Notes under the pieces: generated by a model
Databases searched by the model: none
Told to the model about the DNA's origin: nothing
The model's input: the letters and a program-made list of their open reading frames with translations, nothing else
IMG/VR virus record: IMGVR_UViG_3300032462_001943
DNA from: an uncultured virus (IMG/VR IMGVR_UViG_3300032462_001943)
Taxonomy: Duplodnaviria; Heunggongvirae; Uroviricota; Caudoviricetes
Strand: one strand, 5' to 3'
Length of the DNA stretch: 64,000 bases
Program-made: the position numbers and the translations under genes
Part shown: positions 48,279 to 58,731 of the stretch, piece after piece
Layout of the letters: each line of letters opens with the position of its first letter
Position numbering within the stretch: the first letter of the stretch is position 1

Positions 48279-48932
48279 ATGTCATTTAACAATATTGATC
48301 GTGGAGGATATGTTCCACCATCTGTAAAAAAGCAACAAGACCATCAGCGGGCTAAGTTGGCGAAAGACTTCAAAAATAGAACTGTATTTTTGGAAACAAA
48401 AATAGAGTCAGGAGCCGTTAATAAAACAGTTGCCAAAAAGAATTCTTTGTTGACTCCCAAGAAGCCTGATATGGTTTGGAAAGAAGGTGCTTATTTGGCA
48501 TCTTCTGCTGTGGAACAGCAAGAGCATGATAGAAAGAAAATAGGCGACGTGCCGGTGGTCATTAAGAAACCGGCAAATATACAACCAATGATCTTTGAAG
48601 AAAAACCCGTGGTTTATTCTGATAAGGTGCAAAACTTGATCTTGCCGACCAAGGTGGCTCGCAAGATTGTCAAGTCTGTAGTTTTGTTGACTGGCAGTAA
48701 GCCAGAGTATGAAATTGGACAACAGTATCTAGCAGATTGTGGAATGGATACAAGTTGGGTTTTCAAATGCCCTCCAGAGAAGGAACTCCCAATTTGTGTT
48801 GATAATGAATCAGATGGTGCATGGGTTCCGTTTATAGTCCTGTACCGTGTTGATTATTTTGAATGTAAGTATGTGAAAGAACACGGTCTGGGCAGAGAGT
48901 TCAGTCAAGGCCACGGAGTAGCATACAACTAA
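48279..48932 (+). CDS. Hypothetical protein
   Basis: AAGGAGG RBS. Confidence 0.65.
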   Translation: MSFNNIDRGGYVPPSVKKQQDHQRAKLAKDFKNRTVFLETKIESGAVNKTVAKKNSLLTPKKPDMVWKEGAYLASSAVEQQEHDRKKIGDVPVVIKKPANIQPMIFEEKPVVYSDKVQNLILPTKVARKIVKSVVLLTGSKPEYEIGQQYLADCGMDTSWVFKCPPEKELPICVDNESDGAWVPFIVLYRVDYFECKYVKEHGLGREFSQGHGVAYN

Positions 48933-48942
48933 TGGGAAATAA

Positions 48943-51030
48943 ATGCCAAATACGATAAGAACCGAAGCTGAACTGTTAGCCCTGTTTATTGACAATAATC
49001 AGGGTCTAATTAACGCACAAGACATGCGTGACTTCGTGGTTTCTTCTCGTGTTGGACAAAACTATCCAGGACCACGAGGCCATCAAGGATCGCCTGGAAC
49101 AGTTGGTGGTCAAGGACCGCAAGGTCGAATTGGACCACAAGGCGCTCAAGGCGAAGGATCGACAGTTCAAGGGCCGACAGGAGTTCAAGGGCCGACAGGA
49201 GTTCAGGGACATCAAGGAGTTCAAGGCGCAGGTTTTCAGGGAGTTGTTGGCGAACAAGGTCCACAAGGACTAGCAGGAGTTCAAGGAGTTCAAGGAAATC
49301 AAGGAGTTCAAGGCGCAGGTTTTCAGGGAGTTGTTGGCGAACAAGGTCCACAAGGACTAGCAGGAGTTCAAGGAGTTCAAGGCGCAGGTTTTCAGGGAGT
49401 TGTTGGCGAACAAGGTCCACAAGGACTAGCAGGAGTTCAAGGAGTTCAAGGAAATCAAGGGTTCATTGGTTTTCAAGGACTGGCGGGCGTTGATGGGAAT
49501 CAAGGAAGCCAAGGACTTACTGGCTCTCAAGGTGATGTTGGTTTTCAAGGACTGGCGGGCATTGATGGAAACCAAGGAAACCAAGGACTTACTGGCTCTC
49601 AAGGTGATGTTGGTTTTCAAGGACTGGCGGGCATTGATGGAAACCAAGGAAACCAAGGACTTACTGGCTCTCAAGGCGATGTTGGTTCTCAAGGACTGGC
49701 GGGCATTGATGGAAACCAAGGAAACCAAGGAAACCAAGGACTTACTGGCTCTCAAGGCGATGTTGGTTTTCAAGGACTGGCGGGCATTGATGGAAACCAA
49801 GGAAACCAAGGAAACCAAGGACTTACTGGCTCTCAAGGTGATGTTGGTTTTCAAGGACTGGCGGGCATTGATGGAAACCAAGGACTTACCGGCTTTCAAG
49901 GCGATGTTGGTTTTCAAGGACTGGCGGGCATTGATGGAAACCAAGGACTTACCGGCTTTCAAGGCGATGTTGGTTTTCAAGGACTGGCGGGCGTTGATGG
50001 GAATCAAGGAAACCAAGGACTTACCGGCTTTCAAGGACTGGCGGGCATTGATGGAAACCAAGGAAACCAAGGACTTACCGGCTTTCAAGGCGATGTTGGT
50101 TTTCAGGGCAATCAAGGCGATGTTGGTTTTCAGGGCAATCAAGGCGATGTTGGTCTTCAGGGCAATCAAGGCGATGTTGGTCTTCAGGGCAATCAAGGCG
50201 ATGTTGGTCTTCAGGGCAATCAAGGTTTTCAAGGCAGTGATGCTTCCGTTTCTTATACAAACGCTGCGACCACCCCTTCTACGATTGGTGGCATCCCTTC
50301 AGGATCAACATTTAACTCTCGAACTATGCAACAAATGTGGGATTCTCTCTTGTATCCATATCAATCTCCTGCTTTTTCTTCATTTACGATGTCTGGTCAA
50401 ACCACCAGTGTAGAAGTCGGCGTCACTATATCAGGGACTAAAACATTTACATGGGCAACAACTAATTCCAGCAATATAAACGTCAATACAATATTGATTT
50501 CAGATGTTACAAATAGTGTGACTTTGGTGTCTGGTTCAGCAAATGATGGAACGGAAGCAATTGCTTTGCCTACGGCCATTCAAAAGACGAGTCAGGCATC
50601 TCATCAATGGAGTATTAGAGGCACCAACAGCAATTCAGTGAATTTCTTGGCGACATTCACTGTGTCATGGTTCTGGCAAAGATATTATGGACCAAGTACA
50701 AACACTACTCTCACCGAGGCTGATATAGAAGCCTTGACGAATAGTGGATTGGCAAGCGGATACAGTGGAACTTTTGCATATGCCGGAGGCGGTTATAAGT
50801 TCTTTTGTTTTCCCACTTCATTCGGCTCTCCAGCATCCTTTAAAGATGCGGCTACTAACTTAAATGTGGCTATGGCAAGTAGTTCAGATGATGCTTTTTT
50901 TTCAAATACAGCCAATAGTTTGTCTTACGGTCTGGTATCTGTCACGAATGCTTTTAGTCAAACGACTAATTATCGTGTTTACCGTTCTAAGAACATTCTT
51001 GGCGGGGCCATCTCGATAATAGTGGCGTAA
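48943..51030 (+). CDS. Collagen-like (Gly-X-Gln) fibre protein with a beta-rich C-terminus
   Basis: Long G-X-Y run (QGNQG/QGLAG) followed by a Ser/Thr-rich domain. Confidence 0.85.
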   Translation: MPNTIRTEAELLALFIDNNQGLINAQDMRDFVVSSRVGQNYPGPRGHQGSPGTVGGQGPQGRIGPQGAQGEGSTVQGPTGVQGPTGVQGHQGVQGAGFQGVVGEQGPQGLAGVQGVQGNQGVQGAGFQGVVGEQGPQGLAGVQGVQGAGFQGVVGEQGPQGLAGVQGVQGNQGFIGFQGLAGVDGNQGSQGLTGSQGDVGFQGLAGIDGNQGNQGLTGSQGDVGFQGLAGIDGNQGNQGLTGSQGDVGSQGLAGIDGNQGNQGNQGLTGSQGDVGFQGLAGIDGNQGNQGNQGLTGSQGDVGFQGLAGIDGNQGLTGFQGDVGFQGLAGIDGNQGLTGFQGDVGFQGLAGVDGNQGNQGLTGFQGLAGIDGNQGNQGLTGFQGDVGFQGNQGDVGFQGNQGDVGLQGNQGDVGLQGNQGDVGLQGNQGFQGSDASVSYTNAATTPSTIGGIPSGSTFNSRTMQQMWDSLLYPYQSPAFSSFTMSGQTTSVEVGVTISGTKTFTWATTNSSNINVNTILISDVTNSVTLVSGSANDGTEAIALPTAIQKTSQASHQWSIRGTNSNSVNFLATFTVSWFWQRYYGPSTNTTLTEADIEALTNSGLASGYSGTFAYAGGGYKFFCFPTSFGSPASFKDAATNLNVAMASSSDDAFFSNTANSLSYGLVSVTNAFSQTTNYRVYRSKNILGGAISIIVA

Positions 51031-51042
51031 GGATAAAATGTA

Positions 51043-51537
51043 ATGCCAGCGATTCCAGGCTCAGTAAGCGTAACGGGCATTTTAGCCCCAACAGATACGA
51101 CTGACACATATGCTGTAACCGATCCGGGCTACGGTATTGATGGCTTACGTTCTGTTGCGGACCTAACTGCCCGAAATGCCATTCCTGATGATCGTCGCCG
51201 ATTTGGCATGTTGGTGTTCACTCAATCCGATCAGATGTATTGGACGCTGAAAGTTGGACCCTGGGCAGGAACCAATGCCGACTGGACCGCACTTACGCTT
51301 TCTGCCAGTACAACAGTCGCCTATAGACGAACATTTACAGATGTAGACTTATCGGCGGGCATTTTGTCAGTCACTCATAGTCTTAATCAAAAGTACGTCA
51401 GCGTAACAATTTACGACGATAATGATAAACAAATAATACCAAGCGAGGTATTTCTCCAAAATACAACACAGCTTCAGATTGATTTCACTGGATTTGGCAC
51501 GATTTCAGGAACCTGGAATATTGTTGTGATTGGTTGA
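51043..51537 (+). CDS. Fibre-associated protein sharing the C-terminal domain of the collagen-like genes
   Basis: FT...L..G.L.VTH.L...IYD....IIP...IDFTG...GTW. Confidence 0.7.
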   Translation: MPAIPGSVSVTGILAPTDTTDTYAVTDPGYGIDGLRSVADLTARNAIPDDRRRFGMLVFTQSDQMYWTLKVGPWAGTNADWTALTLSASTTVAYRRTFTDVDLSAGILSVTHSLNQKYVSVTIYDDNDKQIIPSEVFLQNTTQLQIDFTGFGTISGTWNIVVIG

Positions 51538-51587
51538 TGAATACAATTTTGAATTTGTGCTTTTTGAACAGTCAAGTAGTACATACG

Positions 51588-51625
51588 ACTACACAACTAC
51601 ACAACTACACACAACTACACACAAC
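51588..51625 (+). repeat. Intergenic ACTACAC(AC)A short tandem repeat
   Basis: About 4 units of 8-10 bp. Confidence 0.8.
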
Positions 51626-51679
51626 CTATGTAGATGTGAAAAGGGCGAGGCAGTCCGACAATGTTAAAGAGGTAATAGA

Positions 51680-53074
51680 ATGCCAAATATGATCCACGGT
51701 CTGATAGACGCAAAATACATTGAGTACATTCTCCACGGTTCGGACTCGACAGTTTACGACGTTGGCACTGGTGCATCCGTTGCGCTTAGTATTGCCAGCT
51801 ATTCAGTCGGCGGCAATACTCTCAAAGATGGTGTCTTCATTTATGTTGGCGGCTCTGGCGGTTCTTGCAATATCACCAGCATCACAGGTGCCGAAGCCGG
51901 TCAGTATTTGATTCTGAAAAGAGGAACAAGCTCGACCAGAACAATTACGCTCAATGAATCCGGTGGCAGCATTAAGCTAAATGGCACAGCAACCACTTAT
52001 GATCTGGCAGATGGACCAGCTTGTTTATTATACAACGGTACAAATTGGACAGAAGTTTACAGAAAGTCCGGTTCTCAGGGACCACAGGGCAACCAGGGCA
52101 ATCAAGGATCGCAAGGAAATCAGGGCAATCAAGGAAATCAGGGAAATCAAGGAAATCAGGGAAATCAAGGCGTTCAAGGTCCACAAGGTCCGAATCCGGG
52201 TGAAGTTGGAGGAGGACAACAAGGATACCAAGGGAATCAGGGTAATCAAGGAACACAGGGATTCCAAGGTAATCAGGGAAATCAAGGCAATCAAGGTCAT
52301 CAAGGTTTTGCAGGAAATCAGGGCGTACAAGGAACTCAAGGCGTACAAGGAAACCAGGGCGCACAAGGTCGTCAAGGCAACCAGGGGAACCAAGGTTTTG
52401 TAGGAAACCAGGGAAACCAAGGCGCACAAGGAAACCAGGGCAATCAAGGAAATCAAGGTTTCGTTGGTAATCAGGGAGTACAGGGCGCACAAGGTCGTCA
52501 AGGCAACCAGGGGAACCAAGGTTTTGTAGGAAACCAAGGTTTTGTAGGAAACCAGGGAAATCAGGGCAACCAAGGTACTCAGGGTTTCCAAGGCTCACAA
52601 GGCAACCAGGGCAACCAAGGTACTCAAGGCTTACAAGGCAACCAAGGAAACCAAGGCAACCAAGGTACTCAAGGCTTCCAAGGCAACCAAGGAAACCAAG
52701 GCAACCAAGGAACGCAAGGTTTCCAAGGCAACCAAGGAAACCAGGGCAACCAAGGCAATATAGGTTTCCAAGGAAGTTCGCCACAGGGGCAACAAGGCAA
52801 TCAGGGCAACCAAGGATCGCAGGGCAACCAAGGGTTCGTCGGAGCGTTTTTATCGAAGGCGACTGGCACTTTTACGAGTGCAAACTTGACAGCAAACGTA
52901 TTGACGATCACCCACAATTTATCCATATCTGTTCCTTTGATTATTCAGATTTATGACAACGGCACAAATATGGTAATTCCTACTGAATACACATATGTCA
53001 ACAGCAACTCGTGTACAGTTGATTTTACCGGCTTTACGGTAACTGGCACTTGGTCTTGGATTTTGGTGTACTAA
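51680..53074 (+). CDS. Collagen-like fibre protein
   Basis: N-terminal beta domain ending YNGTNW, QGN repeats, shared C-terminal GTW domain. Confidence 0.85.
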   Translation: MPNMIHGLIDAKYIEYILHGSDSTVYDVGTGASVALSIASYSVGGNTLKDGVFIYVGGSGGSCNITSITGAEAGQYLILKRGTSSTRTITLNESGGSIKLNGTATTYDLADGPACLLYNGTNWTEVYRKSGSQGPQGNQGNQGSQGNQGNQGNQGNQGNQGNQGVQGPQGPNPGEVGGGQQGYQGNQGNQGTQGFQGNQGNQGNQGHQGFAGNQGVQGTQGVQGNQGAQGRQGNQGNQGFVGNQGNQGAQGNQGNQGNQGFVGNQGVQGAQGRQGNQGNQGFVGNQGFVGNQGNQGNQGTQGFQGSQGNQGNQGTQGLQGNQGNQGNQGTQGFQGNQGNQGNQGTQGFQGNQGNQGNQGNIGFQGSSPQGQQGNQGNQGSQGNQGFVGAFLSKATGTFTSANLTANVLTITHNLSISVPLIIQIYDNGTNMVIPTEYTYVNSNSCTVDFTGFTVTGTWSWILVY

Positions 53075-53089
53075 GGAGCAAGATAAACA

Positions 53090-54403
53090 ATGAAAACAGG
53101 TAAAATAACATCGGCTACGTTTGTCAACCCTTCTTGGGGTACAACAACGATTGCCAGCAATATCATTAGCTCCTTGGTTGGATCGCACTATACCGTTACG
53201 CCTAGTGGTGGTGTCGGGACATCAGATACACTTACAACGATCAACTATACTTCTCTCCAAGATGGGCAGTTATTGGTTCTTCGAGCTAACGGCACATCAT
53301 CTTCGATTACTTTGACATCGGCAGGCAATATTGCCACATTGTCTCCGATAGTCATGACTGAATTTGTTAGTGTTTATTTGATTTACAATAGCACAGCAAC
53401 CAAATGGTATGTTGCAGGTCGTCAAGGTTATCAAGGAAATCAAGGCAATCAGGGCAATCAAGGATCACAAGGAAATCAGGGCAATCAAGGATCACAAGGA
53501 AATCAGGGCAATCAAGGAAATCAAGGTTTTCAAGGTTTTCAGGGCGATAGAGGTTTCCAAGGAAACCAGGGTTTAGTGGGAAATCAGGGCGTACAAGGAA
53601 CTCAAGGAGCACAAGGAAATCAGGGCAACCAAGGTGTACAAGGAAATCAAGGCAACCAAGGTTTTGTAGGAAACCAAGGAAATCAAGGTCGCCAGGGAAA
53701 TCAGGGCAACCAAGGAACACAAGGTTTCCAAGGCAACCAAGGTTTCGTTGGAAATCAAGGCAACCAGGGATCACAAGGTAATCAGGGCGTTCAAGGATCA
53801 CAAGGCAACCAAGGTTTCCAGGGAAATCAGGGCAACCAAGGTACGCAAGGCTTCCAAGGCTCACAAGGTTTCCAGGGAAACCAAGGCAATCAAGGCTTTG
53901 CAGGTAATCAAGGTGTACAAGGAACTCAGGGCAATCAAGGATTTGTCGGAAATCAGGGCGTACAAGGCACTCAAGGCGCACAAGGCTTTGCAGGCAATCA
54001 AGGTGTACAAGGAACTCAGGGCAATCAAGGATTTGTCGGAAATCAGGGCGTACAAGGCACACAGGGCGCACAAGGAAACCAGGGCGCACAAGGAACTCAA
54101 GGATTCCAAGGCAACCTGGGAAATCAGGGAAATCAAGGCTTTGTTGGAAATCAGGGTAATCAAGGCGCACAGGGTACTGCGATGACTTCAACTTCCTTTA
54201 CGTTTACCAATGCAAGTCTGTCGGTAGGAGTTTACACCGCTAATCACAACTCTGGTCGTCAGTATTGGAGCGTAGAAGTGTTCGACAACACCAGCAAGAG
54301 AATTTTGCCGGACTTTATTACTTGCACAAATACAAACAATTTGGCAATTGATTTGACGACCTACGGAGTAATCACAGGTACATGGACAGCGAGGTTATCA
54401 TAA
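53090..54403 (+). CDS. Collagen-like fibre protein
   Basis: Same three-part architecture as its neighbours. Confidence 0.85.
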   Translation: MKTGKITSATFVNPSWGTTTIASNIISSLVGSHYTVTPSGGVGTSDTLTTINYTSLQDGQLLVLRANGTSSSITLTSAGNIATLSPIVMTEFVSVYLIYNSTATKWYVAGRQGYQGNQGNQGNQGSQGNQGNQGSQGNQGNQGNQGFQGFQGDRGFQGNQGLVGNQGVQGTQGAQGNQGNQGVQGNQGNQGFVGNQGNQGRQGNQGNQGTQGFQGNQGFVGNQGNQGSQGNQGVQGSQGNQGFQGNQGNQGTQGFQGSQGFQGNQGNQGFAGNQGVQGTQGNQGFVGNQGVQGTQGAQGFAGNQGVQGTQGNQGFVGNQGVQGTQGAQGNQGAQGTQGFQGNLGNQGNQGFVGNQGNQGAQGTAMTSTSFTFTNASLSVGVYTANHNSGRQYWSVEVFDNTSKRILPDFITCTNTNNLAIDLTTYGVITGTWTARLS

Positions 54404-54404
54404 T

Positions 54405-55724
54405 ATGAAAATAGGATCATTTCAATTCGCAGGAACACGTCTAAGAGACGCCTCTACGATTAACCTTACAAATATAAGTACCAGCTTAACTATTGCTGGT
54501 TCTTATCATTTGATTACGGTGTCCACTGGTGCGTGTACTTTAACGAGTATCAATGGTCCTGCTATCGCCGGTACTACTGTTCAATTTATTTTGACTACGG
54601 GTTCACAGAACTGTACGTTCAATACTGGCGGCAACATCACAGATACCGTCACCCTTGCTGCTGGTGGTATGGTTTCTTATATGTACGACGGAACTGCATG
54701 GATCATTCTCCATACAGATGGACCACAAGGCTCTCAAGGCAATCAAGGAGTTCAAGGCTCGCAGGGCAACCAAGGTTTCATTGGAAGGCAAGGCAACCAA
54801 GGCCATCAAGGAAATCAAGGAAATCAGGGATTTCAGGGCGCACAAGGATTCCAAGGCAATCAGGGACGACAAGGCAATCAAGGCAACCAAGGTTTTACAG
54901 GAAATCAGGGCAATCAGGGACTACAAGGCAATCAGGGAAATCAAGGAACTCAAGGTTTTCAAGGTAATCAAGGAAATCAGGGCAACCAAGGCAACCAAGG
55001 TTTTGCAGGAAATCAAGGCGTCCAAGGAACTCAGGGCGCACAAGGAAACCAAGGATTTGTTGGCAACCAAGGAAATCAGGGCAACCAAGGAAACCAAGGC
55101 ACTCAAGGATTCCAAGGCAATCAAGGCTTTGCAGGAAACCAAGGCGTACAAGGAACTCAGGGCGCACAAGGAACTCAGGGCGCACAAGGCGTACAAGGAA
55201 ACCAGGGCAATCAAGGGTTTGTTGGAAACCAGGGCAACCAAGGAAACCAGGGAAATCAAGGATTTGTCGGAAACCAGGGTGTACAAGGAAATCAGGGCAA
55301 TCAAGGATTTGTTGGAAACCAGGGCAACCAAGGAAACCAGGGCAATCAAGGATTTGTTGGAAACCAGGGCAACCAAGGCGTTCAAGGTTCACAAGGCTTC
55401 CAAGGAAACCAAGGCGCACAAGGAAACCAGGGCAATCAAGGAAATCAAGGTTTTGTTGGCAACCAAGGCACGTTTGGTTGGAATTTAGCTGGGTCGATTA
55501 CTACGTTTACCAATGCCAGTTTATCTTCTGGTATGTTTTGGGATATACACGAAACGTTCGCTTATACACATAGCCGGTCAGCCGACTGTGCCTTCGTTGT
55601 ATATGATAACAATAGCATAGAAATCATCCCAGCAGCGATTACCCGAACTTCTACGACTCAGGTGACGATAGATTTACAGGGTTACACACCGCTAACGGGG
55701 ACATGGACATTGGTAGTATTGTAA
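54405..55724 (+). CDS. Collagen-like fibre protein
   Basis: Same three-part architecture as its neighbours. Confidence 0.85.
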   Translation: MKIGSFQFAGTRLRDASTINLTNISTSLTIAGSYHLITVSTGACTLTSINGPAIAGTTVQFILTTGSQNCTFNTGGNITDTVTLAAGGMVSYMYDGTAWIILHTDGPQGSQGNQGVQGSQGNQGFIGRQGNQGHQGNQGNQGFQGAQGFQGNQGRQGNQGNQGFTGNQGNQGLQGNQGNQGTQGFQGNQGNQGNQGNQGFAGNQGVQGTQGAQGNQGFVGNQGNQGNQGNQGTQGFQGNQGFAGNQGVQGTQGAQGTQGAQGVQGNQGNQGFVGNQGNQGNQGNQGFVGNQGVQGNQGNQGFVGNQGNQGNQGNQGFVGNQGNQGVQGSQGFQGNQGAQGNQGNQGNQGFVGNQGTFGWNLAGSITTFTNASLSSGMFWDIHETFAYTHSRSADCAFVVYDNNSIEIIPAAITRTSTTQVTIDLQGYTPLTGTWTLVVL

Positions 55725-55725
55725 A

Positions 55726-56949
55726 ATGAAAATCTCGATCTTTACACCAACGCATAAGCCGGTCTATCTCGACCGGCTTTTTCGTTCTCTTCAAGAACAG
55801 ACATATTCAAATTGGGAATGGATAATTGTTCCCAACAATGGGGCAGAGGTAGAGCCAATTGATGATGAACGTGTCAAAATATTTCCTTGCAATGATTCTG
55901 ACAATATCGGATTTCTGAAGCGATATGCCGCTGGTAAAGCCACAGGCGAAGTCGTCGTGGAAGTCGATCACGACGACGAGCTTTTCCCAACTGCTATCGA
56001 AGAGTGTGCCAAAGCCTTCGAGGACACAACTGTTGATTTTGCTTATTCAAATTGTTGCGACGTTCGAGAGAATTATGTTCCTCGGTGTTTCGGCCCAGAT
56101 TGGGGTTGGATTAACCGAGTTTGCAAGTTCAAAGAACACGATTTGATCGAAACAGTATCATTTCCTCCCAATCCGGCTTCGATCAGCAAAATATGGTATT
56201 CTCCCAATCATTTTCGAGCATGGCGTAAAGAATTTTACGACCGCATTGGTGGACATGACGCCTCGCTGGACGTGCTTGACGATCAGGATATTTTATGCCG
56301 CACATATATTCAGGGAAACATGAAGCACATCGACAAGCCTCTTTATGTTTATCATCTACACCAGGAAAACACTTGTTACGGAGAAAAGAACGCCAAGATT
56401 CAAGAAGGCACTTTGATTCTTCACGACAAGTACATCTACCAACTCGTTGAGCGATGGAGCGATTTGAATGGTTTGCGCAAAATCGACTTATGTGGTGGTC
56501 ATAGCAAGCCCGAAGGTTATGAAAGCACTGATCTTGAACGTGGCGATATTCTGGCTGACCTGGATGGTCGCTGGCCATTTGAAGATGGTTCTGTTGGCGT
56601 GTTTCGTGCGCATGACGCCATTGAGCATCTGAAGAACCCCATCAACACAATGAAGGAAGCATATCGCTGTCTGGCACCAGATGGTTGGTTCTTAACTCAA
56701 ACGCCATCTACCGATGGTCGTGGAGCTTTTCAAGACCCGACGCATGTTAGTTTCTGGAATAGCAACAGTTTTTGGTATTACACTCGTGCAGAGCAGGCGA
56801 AGTACATCAATACGCCGGTTCGTTTTCAAATGAATCGCATCAAAAACTTTTTTCCAAGTGATTGGCATCAACTTCACAACATCATTTATGTTAAAGCTGA
56901 TTTGATGAAACTCACCGACACACGGGTTCCAGGTGCGGTAGAAATCTGA
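55726..56949 (+). CDS. GT2 glycosyltransferase fused to a methyltransferase-like domain
   Basis: ISIFTPTH, QTYSNWEWII, VDHDD; IDLCGG, WPFEDGSV, DAIEHL, DPTH. Confidence 0.85.
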   Translation: MKISIFTPTHKPVYLDRLFRSLQEQTYSNWEWIIVPNNGAEVEPIDDERVKIFPCNDSDNIGFLKRYAAGKATGEVVVEVDHDDELFPTAIEECAKAFEDTTVDFAYSNCCDVRENYVPRCFGPDWGWINRVCKFKEHDLIETVSFPPNPASISKIWYSPNHFRAWRKEFYDRIGGHDASLDVLDDQDILCRTYIQGNMKHIDKPLYVYHLHQENTCYGEKNAKIQEGTLILHDKYIYQLVERWSDLNGLRKIDLCGGHSKPEGYESTDLERGDILADLDGRWPFEDGSVGVFRAHDAIEHLKNPINTMKEAYRCLAPDGWFLTQTPSTDGRGAFQDPTHVSFWNSNSFWYYTRAEQAKYINTPVRFQMNRIKNFFPSDWHQLHNIIYVKADLMKLTDTRVPGAVEI

Positions 56950-57043
56950 TTGTAAAGCAAAACAAATGCTTATTGCACGTCTTGGCCTTTATCTAATCTT
57001 TGACTTGGCCTATAATCCTTGAACCTCAGACAAGGAGTTATGA

Positions 57044-58120
57044 ATGTCACAAACCGACAGCCAAGAGTTGAACGAAATTTTGAAGAATGCTCCCGAACCT
57101 ACGTCTTACGATTCAGACGACGACGGGAGCTTTGTCATTTGCGGAGAGTCAGCCACGCCAGCCCCGCCATCATTTGATCGTGGCATGGGTGGATATTGCC
57201 AATGGTCCACATCGGACGGCAAGCGATATATCCCTTCCAGCAAGACAGCCAAGAAGCTCACACCGGGCGTTTACGATATTCTCCACAGCAACACAATCGG
57301 TCTTTATTTTGAGCAGATTCCTGTGCTTACGACCGGATTGATTCGGTTTCCAGAAACCAATTCTGACAAGGTTGTATCTGAAATTCAGAAGTTCTGGAAA
57401 AAAGAAAATATCTTCCGCAGTTACAATCTGACCTATAAGCGTGGAATCATTCTTTGGGGTCCACCAGGATCGGGCAAATCTTGTACGATTCAGTTGATTA
57501 TGCGTGACGTTGTGGAGCGTGGCGGCGTCGTCATCAAGTTTACTCATCCAACTTTATTTCTCGAAGGCATTCGCAAGTTTCGAGAAATCCAACCAGACAC
57601 ACCAGTTGTCGTGTTGATGGAGGATATTGATAGCATCTTGGAGATGTACTCTGAGAGCGAAGTCCTCAATATTCTTGATGGTGTCAATCAAATCGAGAAG
57701 GTTGTCTTTTTGGCGACCACCAACTATCCAGAGAAGTTGGGCGCTCGCATTGTCAATCGACCTTCGAGATTCGACAAGCGATTCAAGATCGGCCATCCCA
57801 ATGCCGAGAGTCGTCGTATTTATTTCGAGTACATTATTGGTAAAGACAAGGTGAAGTCCCTCAAGATCAACTTGAATAAATGGGTTGAAGATACTGCTGA
57901 GTTCAGCATCGCTCACTTGAAGGAATTGTTTACTGCCGTCGTTATTCTCGGCGATGAATATGATGACGCAATTGAATCTCTATCTTTGATGAAAGAGGGC
58001 AAGCCAGATTCATCTAAGGACGAAGCCCGAAAAGCAATGGGCTTTGGCACCAACAAGAAGTCTCGACGACATCTACCATCAGATTATAAATTCATGAAAG
58101 AATTAGAGGAGATGGAATGA
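57044..58120 (+). CDS. AAA+ ATPase
   Basis: RGIILWGPPGSGKS, LMEDID, LNILDG, TTNYPE, RPSRFD. Confidence 0.9.
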   Translation: MSQTDSQELNEILKNAPEPTSYDSDDDGSFVICGESATPAPPSFDRGMGGYCQWSTSDGKRYIPSSKTAKKLTPGVYDILHSNTIGLYFEQIPVLTTGLIRFPETNSDKVVSEIQKFWKKENIFRSYNLTYKRGIILWGPPGSGKSCTIQLIMRDVVERGGVVIKFTHPTLFLEGIRKFREIQPDTPVVVLMEDIDSILEMYSESEVLNILDGVNQIEKVVFLATTNYPEKLGARIVNRPSRFDKRFKIGHPNAESRRIYFEYIIGKDKVKSLKINLNKWVEDTAEFSIAHLKELFTAVVILGDEYDDAIESLSLMKEGKPDSSKDEARKAMGFGTNKKSRRHLPSDYKFMKELEEME

Positions 58121-58659
58121 GTGAGCCAATTCTGATCTCGACTGAATATATTCTGGTCATTGATACAGATGGATTCTCCGATGCCTTTGCCAAGAAGCTC
58201 TGTGCGTATTGCACGGGTTTTGTGGACGAAACCGAGAGCGACTTGGAATTCTCTGATCTATATTTTCTGGAAGAAGGCATTGAAGACGACGAGTCCCCAA
58301 GAGGGAAGGTTGCTGATGAAAAGAATCCATTTTATGGCTTTGTTGGTCAGCGGCTTGATGAAGATCAAATTTATTCGCCATGTTGCGTATGGTTGAATAA
58401 AGCGTATGGCTATAACGCCAATGGCGAATACGCTCTCCTGACAGAAAAGAACTTCGATGAGTACAATTTTCCTGCTCCTTTGAGTGTTGGTATTTTTTTT
58501 GATGCCGCTCCTGAATCGGAACATATATTGAAGATCAAGGAACGGTCTGTGAAATTCTTCGAGACTGTCTGGCCAAAGATCAAAGACGGCATTAAGGTCG
58601 GTGTCAAAGATTTCCGTTTGGTGATTCACACCAAATATGGAGAAGAAAAGGAAATTTAG
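58117..58659 (+). CDS. Hypothetical protein
   Basis: ATGA overlap; RBS. Confidence 0.65.
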   Translation: MSEPILISTEYILVIDTDGFSDAFAKKLCAYCTGFVDETESDLEFSDLYFLEEGIEDDESPRGKVADEKNPFYGFVGQRLDEDQIYSPCCVWLNKAYGYNANGEYALLTEKNFDEYNFPAPLSVGIFFDAAPESEHILKIKERSVKFFETVWPKIKDGIKVGVKDFRLVIHTKYGEEKEI

Positions 58660-58731
58660 CTTCCACTAATACGGTTAAGAAATGTGCCTTCCATTGGCAC
58701 GCACATACCTCACAGCGGGTAGGAAGTTGTT

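Noticed and set aside
51588..51625. Replication origin iterons or a regulatory array
   Set aside because: Too short and irregular to support a function; recorded only as a short tandem repeat.
49006..55488. Many long alternative-frame and antisense ORFs over the collagen-like genes
   Set aside because: Expected by-products of stop-free triplet repeats; no motifs or RBS support.
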